Positions 41,550 through 51,359 of a DNA stretch of 64,000 nucleotides are shown here, piece after piece. The notes beneath the pieces are model-generated. The model saw nothing but the letters and a program-made list of their open reading frames with translations. It was not told the DNA's origin and ran no database searches. The stretch's first letter is position 1. Every line of letters begins with the position of its first letter. Origin of the DNA: Bryobacterales bacterium (GTDB lineage Bacteria; Acidobacteriota; Terriglobia; Bryobacterales; UBA6623); contig OY729428.2 in assembly GCA_963422375.2 (NCBI GenBank), positions 3,296,001 through 3,360,000 on the forward strand. The letters are read 5' to 3'. Position numbers and translations under genes: made by a program.

Positions 41550-42010
41550 CCGCTCTCCGGTTGCGCACGGAGAACGGGGCATCTGCGGCGGGGTGCCAGT
41601 CATCGTCGGAACCCGCCTGCCGGCAGCCTCGCTGTTCGACCACCCGGAAATGCGAGACGCTCGAGCACTTTCCGGACCTGCCTCCCTCCGTTTCTCCAGA
41701 CCATGCACGTGCCTCGCTCGTAATCGCTCGAAGCCCCGTTCAAGGGCTTTCACGTTGTGCTGGACGAGAACCTTCCACGGGCTCTCGTCGCTGAATTGGC
41801 GGGACACGGTGCGACTGCAGTGCAGGCCGCGGGCTGGTCTGGAATCAAGAACGGACCACTGCTTCGACGGGCCAACGAGCAATTCGACGATTCAGGGACC
41901 ATGGACCGAAGTCCGCCCTGCCGCCGGAGCCTCGCGGACCTGCACAGCGGCCTCCTTGTCGTCCGGGCTCCGTCGAACCGCATGGCGGATCTCGCTGTCT
42001 GCACCTTACC
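41550..42010 (+). pseudogene. DUF433 antitoxin / DUF5615 PIN-like toxin pair, decayed
   Basis: ICGGVPVIVGTRLP...TLEHFPDL, then LDENLPRAL...AVQAAGWSGIKNGPLL; frameshifts present. Confidence 0.7.
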
Positions 42011-42119
42011 GAGACGACCAATCTAGCCGAGCTGGCGCGGAGTCAAGGCCGCACCCTCGCACGGCCCGCGACGGTTTCGCGAAGAGATGCGCAGGACACT
42101 GGCGACGCTCGCACGCAGC

Positions 42120-43706
42120 CTATTCGGAGAGATCGACGCGAATTCCCCGGCGGGCATCGCTGTCGGTCCGAGCGTTCGCTGCCGGAACCGCGATTCGACT
42201 CGCGTCGCGCAGGGACCGGACACTGGGCGTCATGATCTCCACGCCAGCGTCGTGAAGGGCGTCGAGCACGCTGCGACGAAGCGCCGACAATGTGGGTCCC
42301 ATCATGTCCGCGCGGTCCGTATGGGCGTGAAGCTCGTACACCACCGCGAAGTCCCCGAGCGCTTTGGGCCACACGTAAGGCTCGGGGGCGTCCAAGATTC
42401 CCGGCGTCTTCGACGCGGCCTCCTTCAGCAGCCTCTCAACCTCGCTCCAATGCACGTCGTAGCCCAACCCGACCTCGATTGACAGGACAAGTTCGCGCCG
42501 CTTGGCTGCGTTGCTGAAGTTGACCACGTGGCCGCCGAGAACTATGCTGTTCGGAATGGTGATCTCCTCGTTCTTCCTGGTCCGCAGTCGAGTCACGAAC
42601 AGCGTCCTCGCCAGGACGTCACCGACCGCTTCCCCGATCCGCACTCGATCACCGATTCGAAACGCCCCGGCGTAGGTCAGGATCACCCCCGACACTAAGT
42701 TGCCTATGGCCCCGGTGGAGCCGAGCGTGACAATGGCACCGACGAAGACCGAGAAGCCTTGGAAAAATTTCGACCCAGAGCCGGGAAGATACGGATACGC
42801 GGTCATCAGGGCGAAGACCACCGCGAGCGCCCGGAGAAGCTTGTAGGTCGGATCCGCCCATTCCGGCTCGAATCGGCCGAATACCAGATCGCCTCTGCCG
42901 ACTGCGTCGAAGATAAACCGAAGCAACTTGAGGGAGTATTTGACTGCGAATACAATGAGAATCAGATAAATTAAATTGGGAATATAGCCGAGTACATGAT
43001 TGAAAATGTCGACTGAAGGCCGTGATATATATTGAAATATTTGGTCTCCTACAGGTGCTGTATATGGGAAGAAACTTAGGATAAGAGAAAGATAAACGTA
43101 GGCGATTAATGCCACAAGAAGCCATCTTGATGTGCGAACTATCACTAAGGATAAATCGCGAATTCGATCGCGACTGACCAGATCAAATCCCCGGAATCTA
43201 ATCGTTCTATCCGCTCCGGACCAGCGATTCATTCCTTGGGTAACTGCACTCACAATCCAACGGAGAAAATGAAACACTATTACCAAGGAACCAGTTGCAA
43301 GTGCAGTACGGAAAATGCCGAATAGAATTCCTTTCATTTGTTCGCTTTCCGCTGGGTTAACTGAGTCCAATAGCTCAGCAAACCGACTTGCCAAGGCGAG
43401 CCAGATGCCGCTGAACAGGCCACCCCCCAAAATGAAGGCCGCGTAGACAGACAGCTTGCGCAAGCGATCCCTGCGTGCCGGGTCCTTCACCCGCGGGAGG
43501 ATCGCCGCTATTGCTGCCCACCAGATCGCCCACGTTACAACGGCGGCTAGAAGAGGCAGCAGGACGAGGTCCTGAACCACAGGACTCAATCCTAAGTTGG
43601 CGTGCAGCCACTCCTGCAATGCGTACACGGATTCCTCGGGTCCGAGTATAGCGAAGTCGATCCAGATCGGGAGGTCCGCCAAGAATAGCCGGACGCGACT
43701 GTGCAA
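42120..43706 (-). CDS. MscS-family mechanosensitive channel with extended N-terminal TM region
   Basis: GNLVSGVILTY..AFRIGDRVRIG...ITIPNS...VGLGYDV...GVEIMTP. Confidence 0.9.
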   Translation of the reverse strand: MHSRVRLFLADLPIWIDFAILGPEESVYALQEWLHANLGLSPVVQDLVLLPLLAAVVTWAIWWAAIAAILPRVKDPARRDRLRKLSVYAAFILGGGLFSGIWLALASRFAELLDSVNPAESEQMKGILFGIFRTALATGSLVIVFHFLRWIVSAVTQGMNRWSGADRTIRFRGFDLVSRDRIRDLSLVIVRTSRWLLVALIAYVYLSLILSFFPYTAPVGDQIFQYISRPSVDIFNHVLGYIPNLIYLILIVFAVKYSLKLLRFIFDAVGRGDLVFGRFEPEWADPTYKLLRALAVVFALMTAYPYLPGSGSKFFQGFSVFVGAIVTLGSTGAIGNLVSGVILTYAGAFRIGDRVRIGEAVGDVLARTLFVTRLRTRKNEEITIPNSIVLGGHVVNFSNAAKRRELVLSIEVGLGYDVHWSEVERLLKEAASKTPGILDAPEPYVWPKALGDFAVVYELHAHTDRADMMGPTLSALRRSVLDALHDAGVEIMTPSVRSLRDASRIAVPAANARTDSDARRGIRVDLSE

Positions 43707-44010
43707 CGGGGAGCCCTCCGGCAGGGCTTCGGCTCCTCTTCGGAGAATCCCAGGACTAGGGACGGCCGGGCACGGACATCAGCCTTACCCTTCTCGGGAT
43801 AGTTCCGGCCACTCCGGCGTCTGCGCGCAGGAAGGAGTTGCCGACCGGACGAAAGCGGCCGGAATGCGGCCACGGCACCCCGTTCGGAATCCAAGACGAC
43901 GGTCCCGAGGTCGTGGATCGTAAACCTGCGCGGTTCGTTCCCGGTCCCGCCCGATGCACGCGGCCCGCCGAGCGAGGGCAGAGATCGGAATGCCCACGGA
44001 AAGAGCGAGC

Positions 44011-45417
44011 CTAGGTTCGCTCCACCCGGTACGCGTAGCGGTCCCGTGCGGCGCGCAGATACCGCAGGACTTCGCCGTCCAGCTCGCTCATCAGGGCACC
44101 CCGCGACGGATCGTCGGCGAGATTGCGCTGCTGGTAGGGATCCTCCCGGTTGTCATACAGGCACCAGCGCCCGATCTCGCCGCATGCGTAGGTGTAGCGC
44201 GGCGTGCGGATGCCTCGGAACAGCGGAGCCGCGTGGTTCATCCCGCCGCTCGCATGGGACTTGGCTATGTGCATCAGGAACTGGTGCTCGGGCCCGTCCA
44301 GCGGCTCGCCGCGCACCACCGCGGAGAGATCGCGGCCCGCGCAGCCCGCGGGAACGGGAATCCCCGCAAGCCCGCACAACGTGGGATACAGATCGATCGC
44401 CCCGAGCATGACGTCGCTGCTGCGCCCGGCGGGCGCGCCGGGCGCGCGCACCACGAACGGCACGCGGCAGGACTCGTCGTGCGGCAAGCGCTTGCCCATG
44501 CGGTTCTGCGCCCCCAGCATCTCGCCGTGGTCCGAGGTGTAGACAACGATCGTGTCGTCGGCCAGCCCGATGCGGTCCAAGCAGGCAGACAGCCTGCCGA
44601 TCTCGATGTCGACCCCCTCCACGTGGGCGTTGTAGCCGACCAGGTCCTCGCGCACGCTGCGACCCCGGCCTCCGACGCCACGCGTCACGCTCTCCACCGC
44701 GTTCGGCCTGAGCCGCAGGTCGCCCGGCGGGTAGTTCCGCATCAGTTCTTGAGGGGCGTCGCCGAACGGGGGATGCGGCGGGTTCAGCGACAGCACGAGC
44801 ATCCACGGGCGGTGCCGATTGCGCTCGACAAAGTCGATCGCGTCGTCCGTCATCAGCGTGGCGTTGTACCCGGCCGGAACCTGCTGGCGACCGCTCGCGC
44901 GGTGGAACGTGTGCGAGCGGTCGAAATGCGGGTTGGTGTTGTACCAGGCCCGCCATTCGGCGAAGCCGTGACGCGCCTCTCCCGCCGGCTTCAGCGCGTG
45001 GCCCTCCGCGCCGCGCGCGTCCAAGTGCCACTTGCCGACGTAGCCCGTGTGGTATCCGGCGTCCCGGAAGGCCTCGCCCAGGCTGTACTCGTTCCGGCGC
45101 AGCTCGTGGGAATTGTCGACAATGCCGGTCTGGAACGGCCAGCGGCCCGTCATGAGGATGCCGCGATACGGGGAGCAAACGGGGTAGTTCGAAATGCAGT
45201 GCGTGAACGTCGTGCCTTGCGAGGCCACCCTGACCAAGGACGGCATAGCCGCGTCGTTGTACTCCTCGCCCGGCATGGTGCAGGCGCGGTGCTGGTCGCT
45301 GAAGACGAAGAGCAGGTTCGGCTTGCGCGACGCCTGGGCGCGCGCGGCGCCGGCGGAGGCGCCGACTGCGGCCAAGCCCTGCAGAACTTCCCTCCGCGTC
45401 GGATTCTGCGCTACCAT
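44011..45417 (-). CDS. Tat-exported sulfatase
   Basis: TRREVLQGL Tat-like signal; SDQHR, CSPYRGILMTG, GKWHL and TSDHGEM motifs. Confidence 0.92.
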   Translation of the reverse strand: MVAQNPTRREVLQGLAAVGASAGAARAQASRKPNLLFVFSDQHRACTMPGEEYNDAAMPSLVRVASQGTTFTHCISNYPVCSPYRGILMTGRWPFQTGIVDNSHELRRNEYSLGEAFRDAGYHTGYVGKWHLDARGAEGHALKPAGEARHGFAEWRAWYNTNPHFDRSHTFHRASGRQQVPAGYNATLMTDDAIDFVERNRHRPWMLVLSLNPPHPPFGDAPQELMRNYPPGDLRLRPNAVESVTRGVGGRGRSVREDLVGYNAHVEGVDIEIGRLSACLDRIGLADDTIVVYTSDHGEMLGAQNRMGKRLPHDESCRVPFVVRAPGAPAGRSSDVMLGAIDLYPTLCGLAGIPVPAGCAGRDLSAVVRGEPLDGPEHQFLMHIAKSHASGGMNHAAPLFRGIRTPRYTYACGEIGRWCLYDNREDPYQQRNLADDPSRGALMSELDGEVLRYLRAARDRYAYRVERT

Positions 45418-45501
45418 TGCGTTGGTATTCTACCAGCGATTCAGCGGGCCGGCGTCCCTTCCGCAAACAGCATCGACCAAGGGCGGGAATACTGAGCGTT
45501 C

Positions 45502-46314
45502 ATGCCGTCGGCGGAGAGCGAGGCGCTGGTCCTGCGCAACTTCCCCTTCAGCGAGGCGGACTTGATCGTCAGCTTCTTCACGCGCGAGCGCGGGAAGCTG
45601 CGGGGCACGGCCAAGGCGGTGCGCCGACCGAAGGCCAACTTCGGCGTCGCGCTCGAGCGCATGGCGCACTCGCGCGTCTACTACCGCTACAAGGAGAATT
45701 CGGAACTCGTCTGGATCCAGCGCGCCGAGCTGGTCGGACCGCCGAATCTCTGGAAGGCAGGTTACGCCCCGAGCGTCATCCTCGACGTCATCGCGGAGAC
45801 GTCCGACCAGATCCTGCCCCAGAACGAGGCCTACGACGCCTACTTCCGCTTGCTGAGACTCGTCGTCGAGGAGTTCCGGCGCGGCATCGAGCGCGGCGGG
45901 CCGTCGGACGCAGTGCCCCCCTGGGCGCATCGCGCGCTGGTGTATTTCCTTCTCTGGACCGCGCGCCTCGGCGGCTGGCTGCCGCCCCTCGACCGCTGCA
46001 TCGAATCGGACCGGCCGTTCGCGCGAGACGAGCCGGCCTATTTCAACCCGCGAAGGGACGGCCTCTTCTCCGCGGACTTCAGGGACGGCGACTCGTGGAC
46101 GATTCCGGCGGAATCGCGGTCGTTGGCCGCCTACATGCTCCGGAACCGGCCGGAGCGGATGGACGATATCGAGTGGCCCGAGGCGGCCGCATACGAGCTG
46201 CAGCGGTTCCTGCTGCAACGGACCCAGGCGCAGATCGAGGGACGGTTGCGAGGTCTCGAAGCGCTGCGGGCCCTCTGGGACGACTCGGCAGGGGTGCCCG
46301 CCGAGCCGGGCTAG
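45502..46314 (+). CDS. recO: DNA repair protein RecO
   Basis: SEALVLRNFPFSEADLIVSFFTRERGKLRGTAKAVRRPK...FG..LE. Confidence 0.9.
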   Translation: MPSAESEALVLRNFPFSEADLIVSFFTRERGKLRGTAKAVRRPKANFGVALERMAHSRVYYRYKENSELVWIQRAELVGPPNLWKAGYAPSVILDVIAETSDQILPQNEAYDAYFRLLRLVVEEFRRGIERGGPSDAVPPWAHRALVYFLLWTARLGGWLPPLDRCIESDRPFARDEPAYFNPRRDGLFSADFRDGDSWTIPAESRSLAAYMLRNRPERMDDIEWPEAAAYELQRFLLQRTQAQIEGRLRGLEALRALWDDSAGVPAEPG

Positions 46315-47252
46315 TCCGGGGCGGACGCGGATTCCGCGGGTCCGCGGCGGGCGACGCTGCCCCGTCCGAGCAGCAGGGCGGTCTTCTCGCGGTCCCGCAA
46401 TACCTCGACGGGAATGTCGCCGTCGCCGTCCCACGCCCGCATTGCCCGCGCGACGTCGCGCGGTTCGCGGACGGAGCGTTCGCCGACAGAGAGAATCAGG
46501 TCGCCCGCGCGCAATCCCGCCTCCTGCGCGGGAGAGCCGTCGCGCACATGCCGAACGAGCACGCCCTCCGCGGCCCCGAGGAATCGCGCCAGCTGGCCCT
46601 CGACGCCCTCCAGCTCGGCACCGATCCCGTGGCTGGTCAGGGCGATACGCACCGTCGGCAGCCCGATGGCCGGGCAGTCCTCGCAGATCCCCTTCTCGGC
46701 GAGCAGCTTGCGCAGCTCGTCAAGTTGCTCGCGAACCGCGGACTCCACGCTTCTCGCGACGTCCTCCGCCGCTTCCTTGGCCGCGGCCGCGCGATCCGGC
46801 TCCGTTCCAAGGCGGCGCCAAGCGTCTTCGAGCGCGCCGCGAACGGTCGCGGCACGGTCACGTCCCGCGATCTCGACGCGGACCGAGCGGCGCTCCCGTC
46901 CACGCATCACACCCAGTTCGACGACGTTGCCCACGGGCGTCTCGCGGACCAGGCGCGCGAAATGCTGGATCCCGTGAACCCGCTCGCCGCGGTAGGTGAC
47001 CACGACGTCACCGGGCTCCAGCCCGCCCCGCTCGGCCGGGCTGCCGCTGGCGACGCTGCTGATTTCCACTCCGTGCGCGTCGAGCAGTCCGATCTCGTGC
47101 GCGACGTCGGGTCCGACCTCCATGATGCCGACGCCGACGTAACTTGTCGGCGCGAGAAGCACCAGGCCGCGCGGAAGCGGGGCGGCCCAGCCGACGAGCG
47201 CCGTCGCCAGCACGCCGGCGGCGGCGCGGAACAGAATGCGATTTCTCCCCAT
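46311..47252 (-). CDS. Exported double-PDZ protein (no protease domain)
   Basis: ATG 47252 with RBS GGAG; YVGV...GSPAERGGLEPGDVV and GVLV...GSPAQEAGLRAGDLI. Confidence 0.85.
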   Translation of the reverse strand: MGRNRILFRAAAGVLATALVGWAAPLPRGLVLLAPTSYVGVGIMEVGPDVAHEIGLLDAHGVEISSVASGSPAERGGLEPGDVVVTYRGERVHGIQHFARLVRETPVGNVVELGVMRGRERRSVRVEIAGRDRAATVRGALEDAWRRLGTEPDRAAAAKEAAEDVARSVESAVREQLDELRKLLAEKGICEDCPAIGLPTVRIALTSHGIGAELEGVEGQLARFLGAAEGVLVRHVRDGSPAQEAGLRAGDLILSVGERSVREPRDVARAMRAWDGDGDIPVEVLRDREKTALLLGRGSVARRGPAESASAPD

Positions 47253-47281
47253 GTCTCCACTAGGGCAGCCGGGCGCGCCGA

Positions 47282-48523
47282 CTACCTCTGCCTCCGAATC
47301 TCGATCCGCCCGATGCGGGTTCCCAGGCGCAGCAGCGCCCCTCCGCCGTTGAGCGAGCCCGAGGCTTCCGCCCTCCCCAGCAGCCCCGACGAGCGGCGCA
47401 CGCGGATCTCCGGAAAGTCGCTCACGATGCCGCGCCGGCCGCCGAACATCTGCATCGCGGCCTCGACCGTCACCGCCAAGGTCTCGGGGAGCTCGACGAA
47501 GAGATCCCCAACCTCGGTCGACAGGACCGAATCGCGCAGCGGGTAGCGTCCGTCGAGCGAGACCGCGATGTTGCCGGTGAGGCTGATCGCCGTCAAGGCC
47601 CCGGCCACGCGCCCGATCCAAATGTCGCCCGCCAAGGCCTCGGCTACGATCCCGTTCAGGGCCTCGGTCACCTGGATCGATCCGCTGCCCGTCTCGGCAC
47701 GCAGCATGCCACCGACACGCCCAATCCGGATGCTCCCGGCCGAGGCCTCGGCTACGATCCCGTCCAGGGCCTCGGTCACCTGGATCGATCCGCTGCCCGT
47801 CTCGGCACGCAGCATGCCACCGACATGCTCGATCCGGATGCTGCCGGCCCCGGTCCGCAGGACCGCGTTCCGGCTGACCATGTCCACCCGGACGCTTCCA
47901 ACTTCCGTCTCGAGCTGCACCGGGCCGTCGGCTTGCTTCAGTTCGATGCGCCCCGCTTTGGTCTTGCAGAAAACCGAGCCGCCGACGGCGCCCAGCGTGA
48001 TCCTGCCGCTCGCCGTCGCGGAGACCTTCGAGCCGATCGCGTCCATCTCGACAGAACCCCCAGCCGCTTCGGCCGCCACGGCGCCGAGAAAGCCCCTGAC
48101 CACGATGTCCCCGCCCTGCGTGGCAAGATCGAGTTCCGCCATGTCCTCGGGCACGGAGACCTCGAGGCGCGCCAGGACCCGGCACCCTTCGCAGCTCGGT
48201 CGGCGGAGCGTCAGTCCCGCCGCCCCGTCCGGCAGCGTCCTGGCATCAATGCCCGAGACGCCGAATGCCGCGCGCACGGGCGCGAAGTCCGCCGCGGCCG
48301 AGCGCGCACGGAATCGCGCGACGTAGCGGATGACCGCAGCGGCCTCGCCGGTGACGACCAAATCCCCGCTCGTCCGGACCACGAGGCGCTCCGAACCCGG
48401 CAGCTCGCCGGCCCGCACCTGCAGCCACTGGCGGCCGGACGGCTGCGCGCCGGCCCGCGCCGGGACCGCGCAGGCGGCGAGACACGCGGCCAGAGGAACC
48501 AGCCAGAGACGCCAGGCCTGCAT
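47282..48523 (-). CDS. DUF4097-type beta-strand repeat protein
   Basis: Signal peptide; repeated (T/S)xxGxI motifs (TQGGDI, TGAGSI, TGSGSI, SLTGNI). Confidence 0.85.
   Translation of the reverse strand: MQAWRLWLVPLAACLAACAVPARAGAQPSGRQWLQVRAGELPGSERLVVRTSGDLVVTGEAAAVIRYVARFRARSAAADFAPVRAAFGVSGIDARTLPDGAAGLTLRRPSCEGCRVLARLEVSVPEDMAELDLATQGGDIVVRGFLGAVAAEAAGGSVEMDAIGSKVSATASGRITLGAVGGSVFCKTKAGRIELKQADGPVQLETEVGSVRVDMVSRNAVLRTGAGSIRIEHVGGMLRAETGSGSIQVTEALDGIVAEASAGSIRIGRVGGMLRAETGSGSIQVTEALNGIVAEALAGDIWIGRVAGALTAISLTGNIAVSLDGRYPLRDSVLSTEVGDLFVELPETLAVTVEAAMQMFGGRRGIVSDFPEIRVRRSSGLLGRAEASGSLNGGGALLRLGTRIGRIEIRRQR
47635..47850. repeat. 108-bp near-perfect tandem duplication within the DUF4097 gene
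   Basis: The unit starting AGGCCTCGGCTACGATCCCG recurs at 47635 and 47743; the protein has a 36-aa repeat GSIRI..VGGMLRAETGSGSIQVTEAL.GIVAEA.A. Confidence 0.9.
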
Positions 48524-48545
48524 CGAACCGACCGCCCTCACCGGA

Positions 48546-49511
48546 TCAGTAGCGCTCCATCGACGCGCCCAGCGCGTCGAGTATCCGCAACGTCTCTTGC
48601 AGCACGAGCGGGTCCGACTCGCGCTCGACGAGCTCCTGCAGGGGCCCGGCCACGTCGCGGCCCGGATGCTCGCGCAGCAGCTGGATGGCGTGGACGCGCA
48701 TGCCGGGGTCGCGGTCGCGGTGCAGCGTCTGCACCAGCGCCTCGCGCACGTCGGGCTGCGAGGCGTAGTCCTCCACCGCTTCGAAGGCCTTGAGCCGCAC
48801 CCCCACATCGTCGTCCCCCAGCATGATCTGCAGCATGGCCTCGCGAACGTCCCGGTCCGAAGCCTGCACGCGCAGCGCATCGAGCGAGGTCAGCCGGGCC
48901 CCGGCGTGGGCCCCCTGCACCGTGTCGAGCAGCATGCCCCGGATCGTCGGATCCGAGGAGACCCCGCTGATGGCCCGGCGCTCCTCGATGACGATTCGCA
49001 CCCGGTCGCTGACCGGATCGAGTCTGACAGCCTCGATGCCTGTCAGCGTGCGGTCGGCGGCCGCTGCGGGCGCAGACAAGGAGTGAAGGAAAGCGCGGGG
49101 CGAGAACGCCCGCCCCGCGAGAAATCCGATCGCCAGCATGGCCGTCGCGCCGACGGCCTGCCATGCGAGGGGCCGCGCCGCCATCCAGGCCGCCACCCGG
49201 CTCCTGGCGGCGGAGGCCCGGGCCAGCAGGGACCGGCGCCGGCACGGCGCCGGCACCTCAGCCACGGCACGGCCCAGCGCCTCGCGGCACGAATCTAGCA
49301 GCGGCTCCGGCTCCGGCCCGAGGGCGGACGCACTCAGGGATTCCAGGAACGCCCGCTCGTCGAGGAACAGCTCCCGGAACTCCGGATCCTGCTCGAGCCA
49401 GCAGTCGATCTCGCTGCGCTCGGCGAAGCCGAGCTCGCCGTAGAGATAGAGCTGGATGCGCCGCCTCAGCAGGTTGCTCTCGAGCGGAGGCGGCCCGTCA
49501 GGAGCGGACAT
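48546..49511 (-). CDS. Anti-sigma-like membrane protein with HEAT repeats
   Basis: N-terminal LYLYGEL segment, one TM helix, C-terminal D.DVGVRLKA / DPGMRVHAI HEAT-like repeats; directly downstream of the ECF sigma. Confidence 0.8.
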   Translation of the reverse strand: MSAPDGPPPLESNLLRRRIQLYLYGELGFAERSEIDCWLEQDPEFRELFLDERAFLESLSASALGPEPEPLLDSCREALGRAVAEVPAPCRRRSLLARASAARSRVAAWMAARPLAWQAVGATAMLAIGFLAGRAFSPRAFLHSLSAPAAAADRTLTGIEAVRLDPVSDRVRIVIEERRAISGVSSDPTIRGMLLDTVQGAHAGARLTSLDALRVQASDRDVREAMLQIMLGDDDVGVRLKAFEAVEDYASQPDVREALVQTLHRDRDPGMRVHAIQLLREHPGRDVAGPLQELVERESDPLVLQETLRILDALGASMERY

Positions 49512-50127
49512 CGTGCAGCTCCTTGCGCAGCTTCCTCGTGGCCCTGAACAGGCTCTGCCTAGCCGCTTGCTCGCTCATGGAGGTCGCTTCGCCGATCTCG
49601 CGAAGGCGCATGCCTTCGTAGTGCCGAAGGGTGAAGACGAGCCGCTCGCGATCGGAGAGCCTTTCCATGGCCAGCTCCACGCGGTCGGAAATCTCCCCGC
49701 TGCGGGCGACCCTCTCGGGCGAGCTCGACGGACGGGCGTCCGCGGCCAGCTGCAGCGGGGAGCGGCCCTGCGCCTCCGCCGTCTCGAGCGCGCCGAACTC
49801 CGGCCGGGCCTTCCTCCGGCGAAGATGGTCGAGGCACACGTTGGTGGCGATACGGTAGATCCACGTGTTCAGGCGGCACTGGAAGCGGAAGGTGTCGAGC
49901 TTGCGGTAGACCTTGAGGAACGCGTCCTGATAGGCGTCCCGCGCGTCGTCGGGGGAGCGCAGCAGGCGCAGCGCGATGCGCAGCACTCTGCGGTCATGCA
50001 GCGCTACCAGCTGGGCGAAGGCCCGCTGGTCGCCCCGCTGCGCGGCTTCGACCAGCCGGCGCTCGGACTCGTCCGACGACGACGCCTCCAGCCCGAATCC
50101 GATTGCTTCCGCCCTTGCAGCCTCCAC
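49498..50127 (-). CDS. ECF RNA polymerase sigma factor
   Basis: GDQRAFAQLV...DARDAYQDAFLK...TWIYRIATNVCLD...LSDRERLVF.LR. Confidence 0.93.
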   Translation of the reverse strand: MEAARAEAIGFGLEASSSDESERRLVEAAQRGDQRAFAQLVALHDRRVLRIALRLLRSPDDARDAYQDAFLKVYRKLDTFRFQCRLNTWIYRIATNVCLDHLRRRKARPEFGALETAEAQGRSPLQLAADARPSSSPERVARSGEISDRVELAMERLSDRERLVFTLRHYEGMRLREIGEATSMSEQAARQSLFRATRKLRKELHDVRS

Positions 50128-50202
50128 GTCGCTCCACTCCCGTAAATGATTGGACGCAGGCGAGCGCGGAAACGTGACGCGCTAGCGTGCCCGCGACGGA
50201 AT

Positions 50203-51315
50203 TCAGCAGATCCAGCCGCCGCCCACGACGAGATCGCCGTCATAGAGCACGGCGGCCTGGCCGGGAGTGACCGCGCGCTGCGGCTCGTCGAACACGACGG
50301 TGGCGCGGCCGGGGGCCCCCGCGGAGGGGCGCGCCACCGCCCAGGCGGGCTCCGCCCGGTAGCGGATCTTCATCCGGCCGCGGACCGGCCGGTCCAGCGA
50401 CGCGAAGGGGATCCAGTTGGCGTCGCGGATCTCGAACTCGCGGCGCAGGAGCGACCGCGCCGGGCCGACCACGACCGTCCGGTCGGCCGGGCGGATCTCG
50501 GTGACGTAGACCGGCCGGCCGACAGCGACGCCGAGGCCCTTGCGCTGGCCGACGGTGAAACGGTGAATGCCGCGGTGGCCGGCGAGCACCTCCCCGTCCT
50601 CGGACACCACGTCCCCCTCGCAGCTGCCTTCGGCGGCGGGCAGGCGGCTGCGGTAGCTCTCCACGAAGGCCGCGTAGTCGCCGTTGGGAACGAAGCAGAT
50701 CTCGCGGCTCTCGGGCTTGGAAGCCACGTCCAAGCCGAGTTCCCCGGCGAGACGGCGCACCTGGGGCTTGCGCATTCCCCCGAGCGGGAAGCGGCACTGC
50801 GCGAGCTGCGCCTGGGTCAGCCCGAACAGGAAGTAGGACTGGTCGCGCGACTCGTCCTTCCCTCGCAGGAGCAGGTGGCGGCCGGACTCCTCGTCGAACT
50901 CGGTCCTAGCGTAGTGCCCCGTCGCGACGGTCTCCGCGCCGACCTGACGGGCGGTCTCCAGAAATCGGTCGAACTTGAGGAAGTTGTTGCACAGCGTGCA
51001 GGGGATGGGCGTGCGCCCGGCCAGGTACTCGGACACGAAGGGCCGGACGACGCGCTCCTCGAAGCTGTCCTCGTAATTGACCACGTAGTAGGGGATGCCG
51101 AGACGCTGGGCGACCCAGCGGGCGTCGTAGACGTCGTCCAGCGAGCAGCAGCGCCCGGACGAGCCGCCCTCGGGAACGAGCTCCGGCATGCGGCGCTGGT
51201 CCCACAGCTGCATCGTCATGCCGACGATCGGCTGCGACCGCCGGTGCAGCAGGCCGGCCACGACCGAGGAATCCACCCCGCCGCTCATCGCCACCGCTAC
51301 GAGTGAGCCCGCCAC
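50203..51315 (-). CDS. mnmA: tRNA 2-thiouridylase
   Basis: [39 protein letters not shown] and AVTPGQ motifs. Start is probably GTG 51315. Confidence 0.96.
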   Translation of the reverse strand: MAGSLVAVAMSGGVDSSVVAGLLHRRSQPIVGMTMQLWDQRRMPELVPEGGSSGRCCSLDDVYDARWVAQRLGIPYYVVNYEDSFEERVVRPFVSEYLAGRTPIPCTLCNNFLKFDRFLETARQVGAETVATGHYARTEFDEESGRHLLLRGKDESRDQSYFLFGLTQAQLAQCRFPLGGMRKPQVRRLAGELGLDVASKPESREICFVPNGDYAAFVESYRSRLPAAEGSCEGDVVSEDGEVLAGHRGIHRFTVGQRKGLGVAVGRPVYVTEIRPADRTVVVGPARSLLRREFEIRDANWIPFASLDRPVRGRMKIRYRAEPAWAVARPSAGAPGRATVVFDEPQRAVTPGQAAVLYDGDLVVGGGWIC

Positions 51316-51359
51316 CGCTCTCAGCCTAGCGCGCCGGGCGCCCCCCGGGACGCCGGCGC

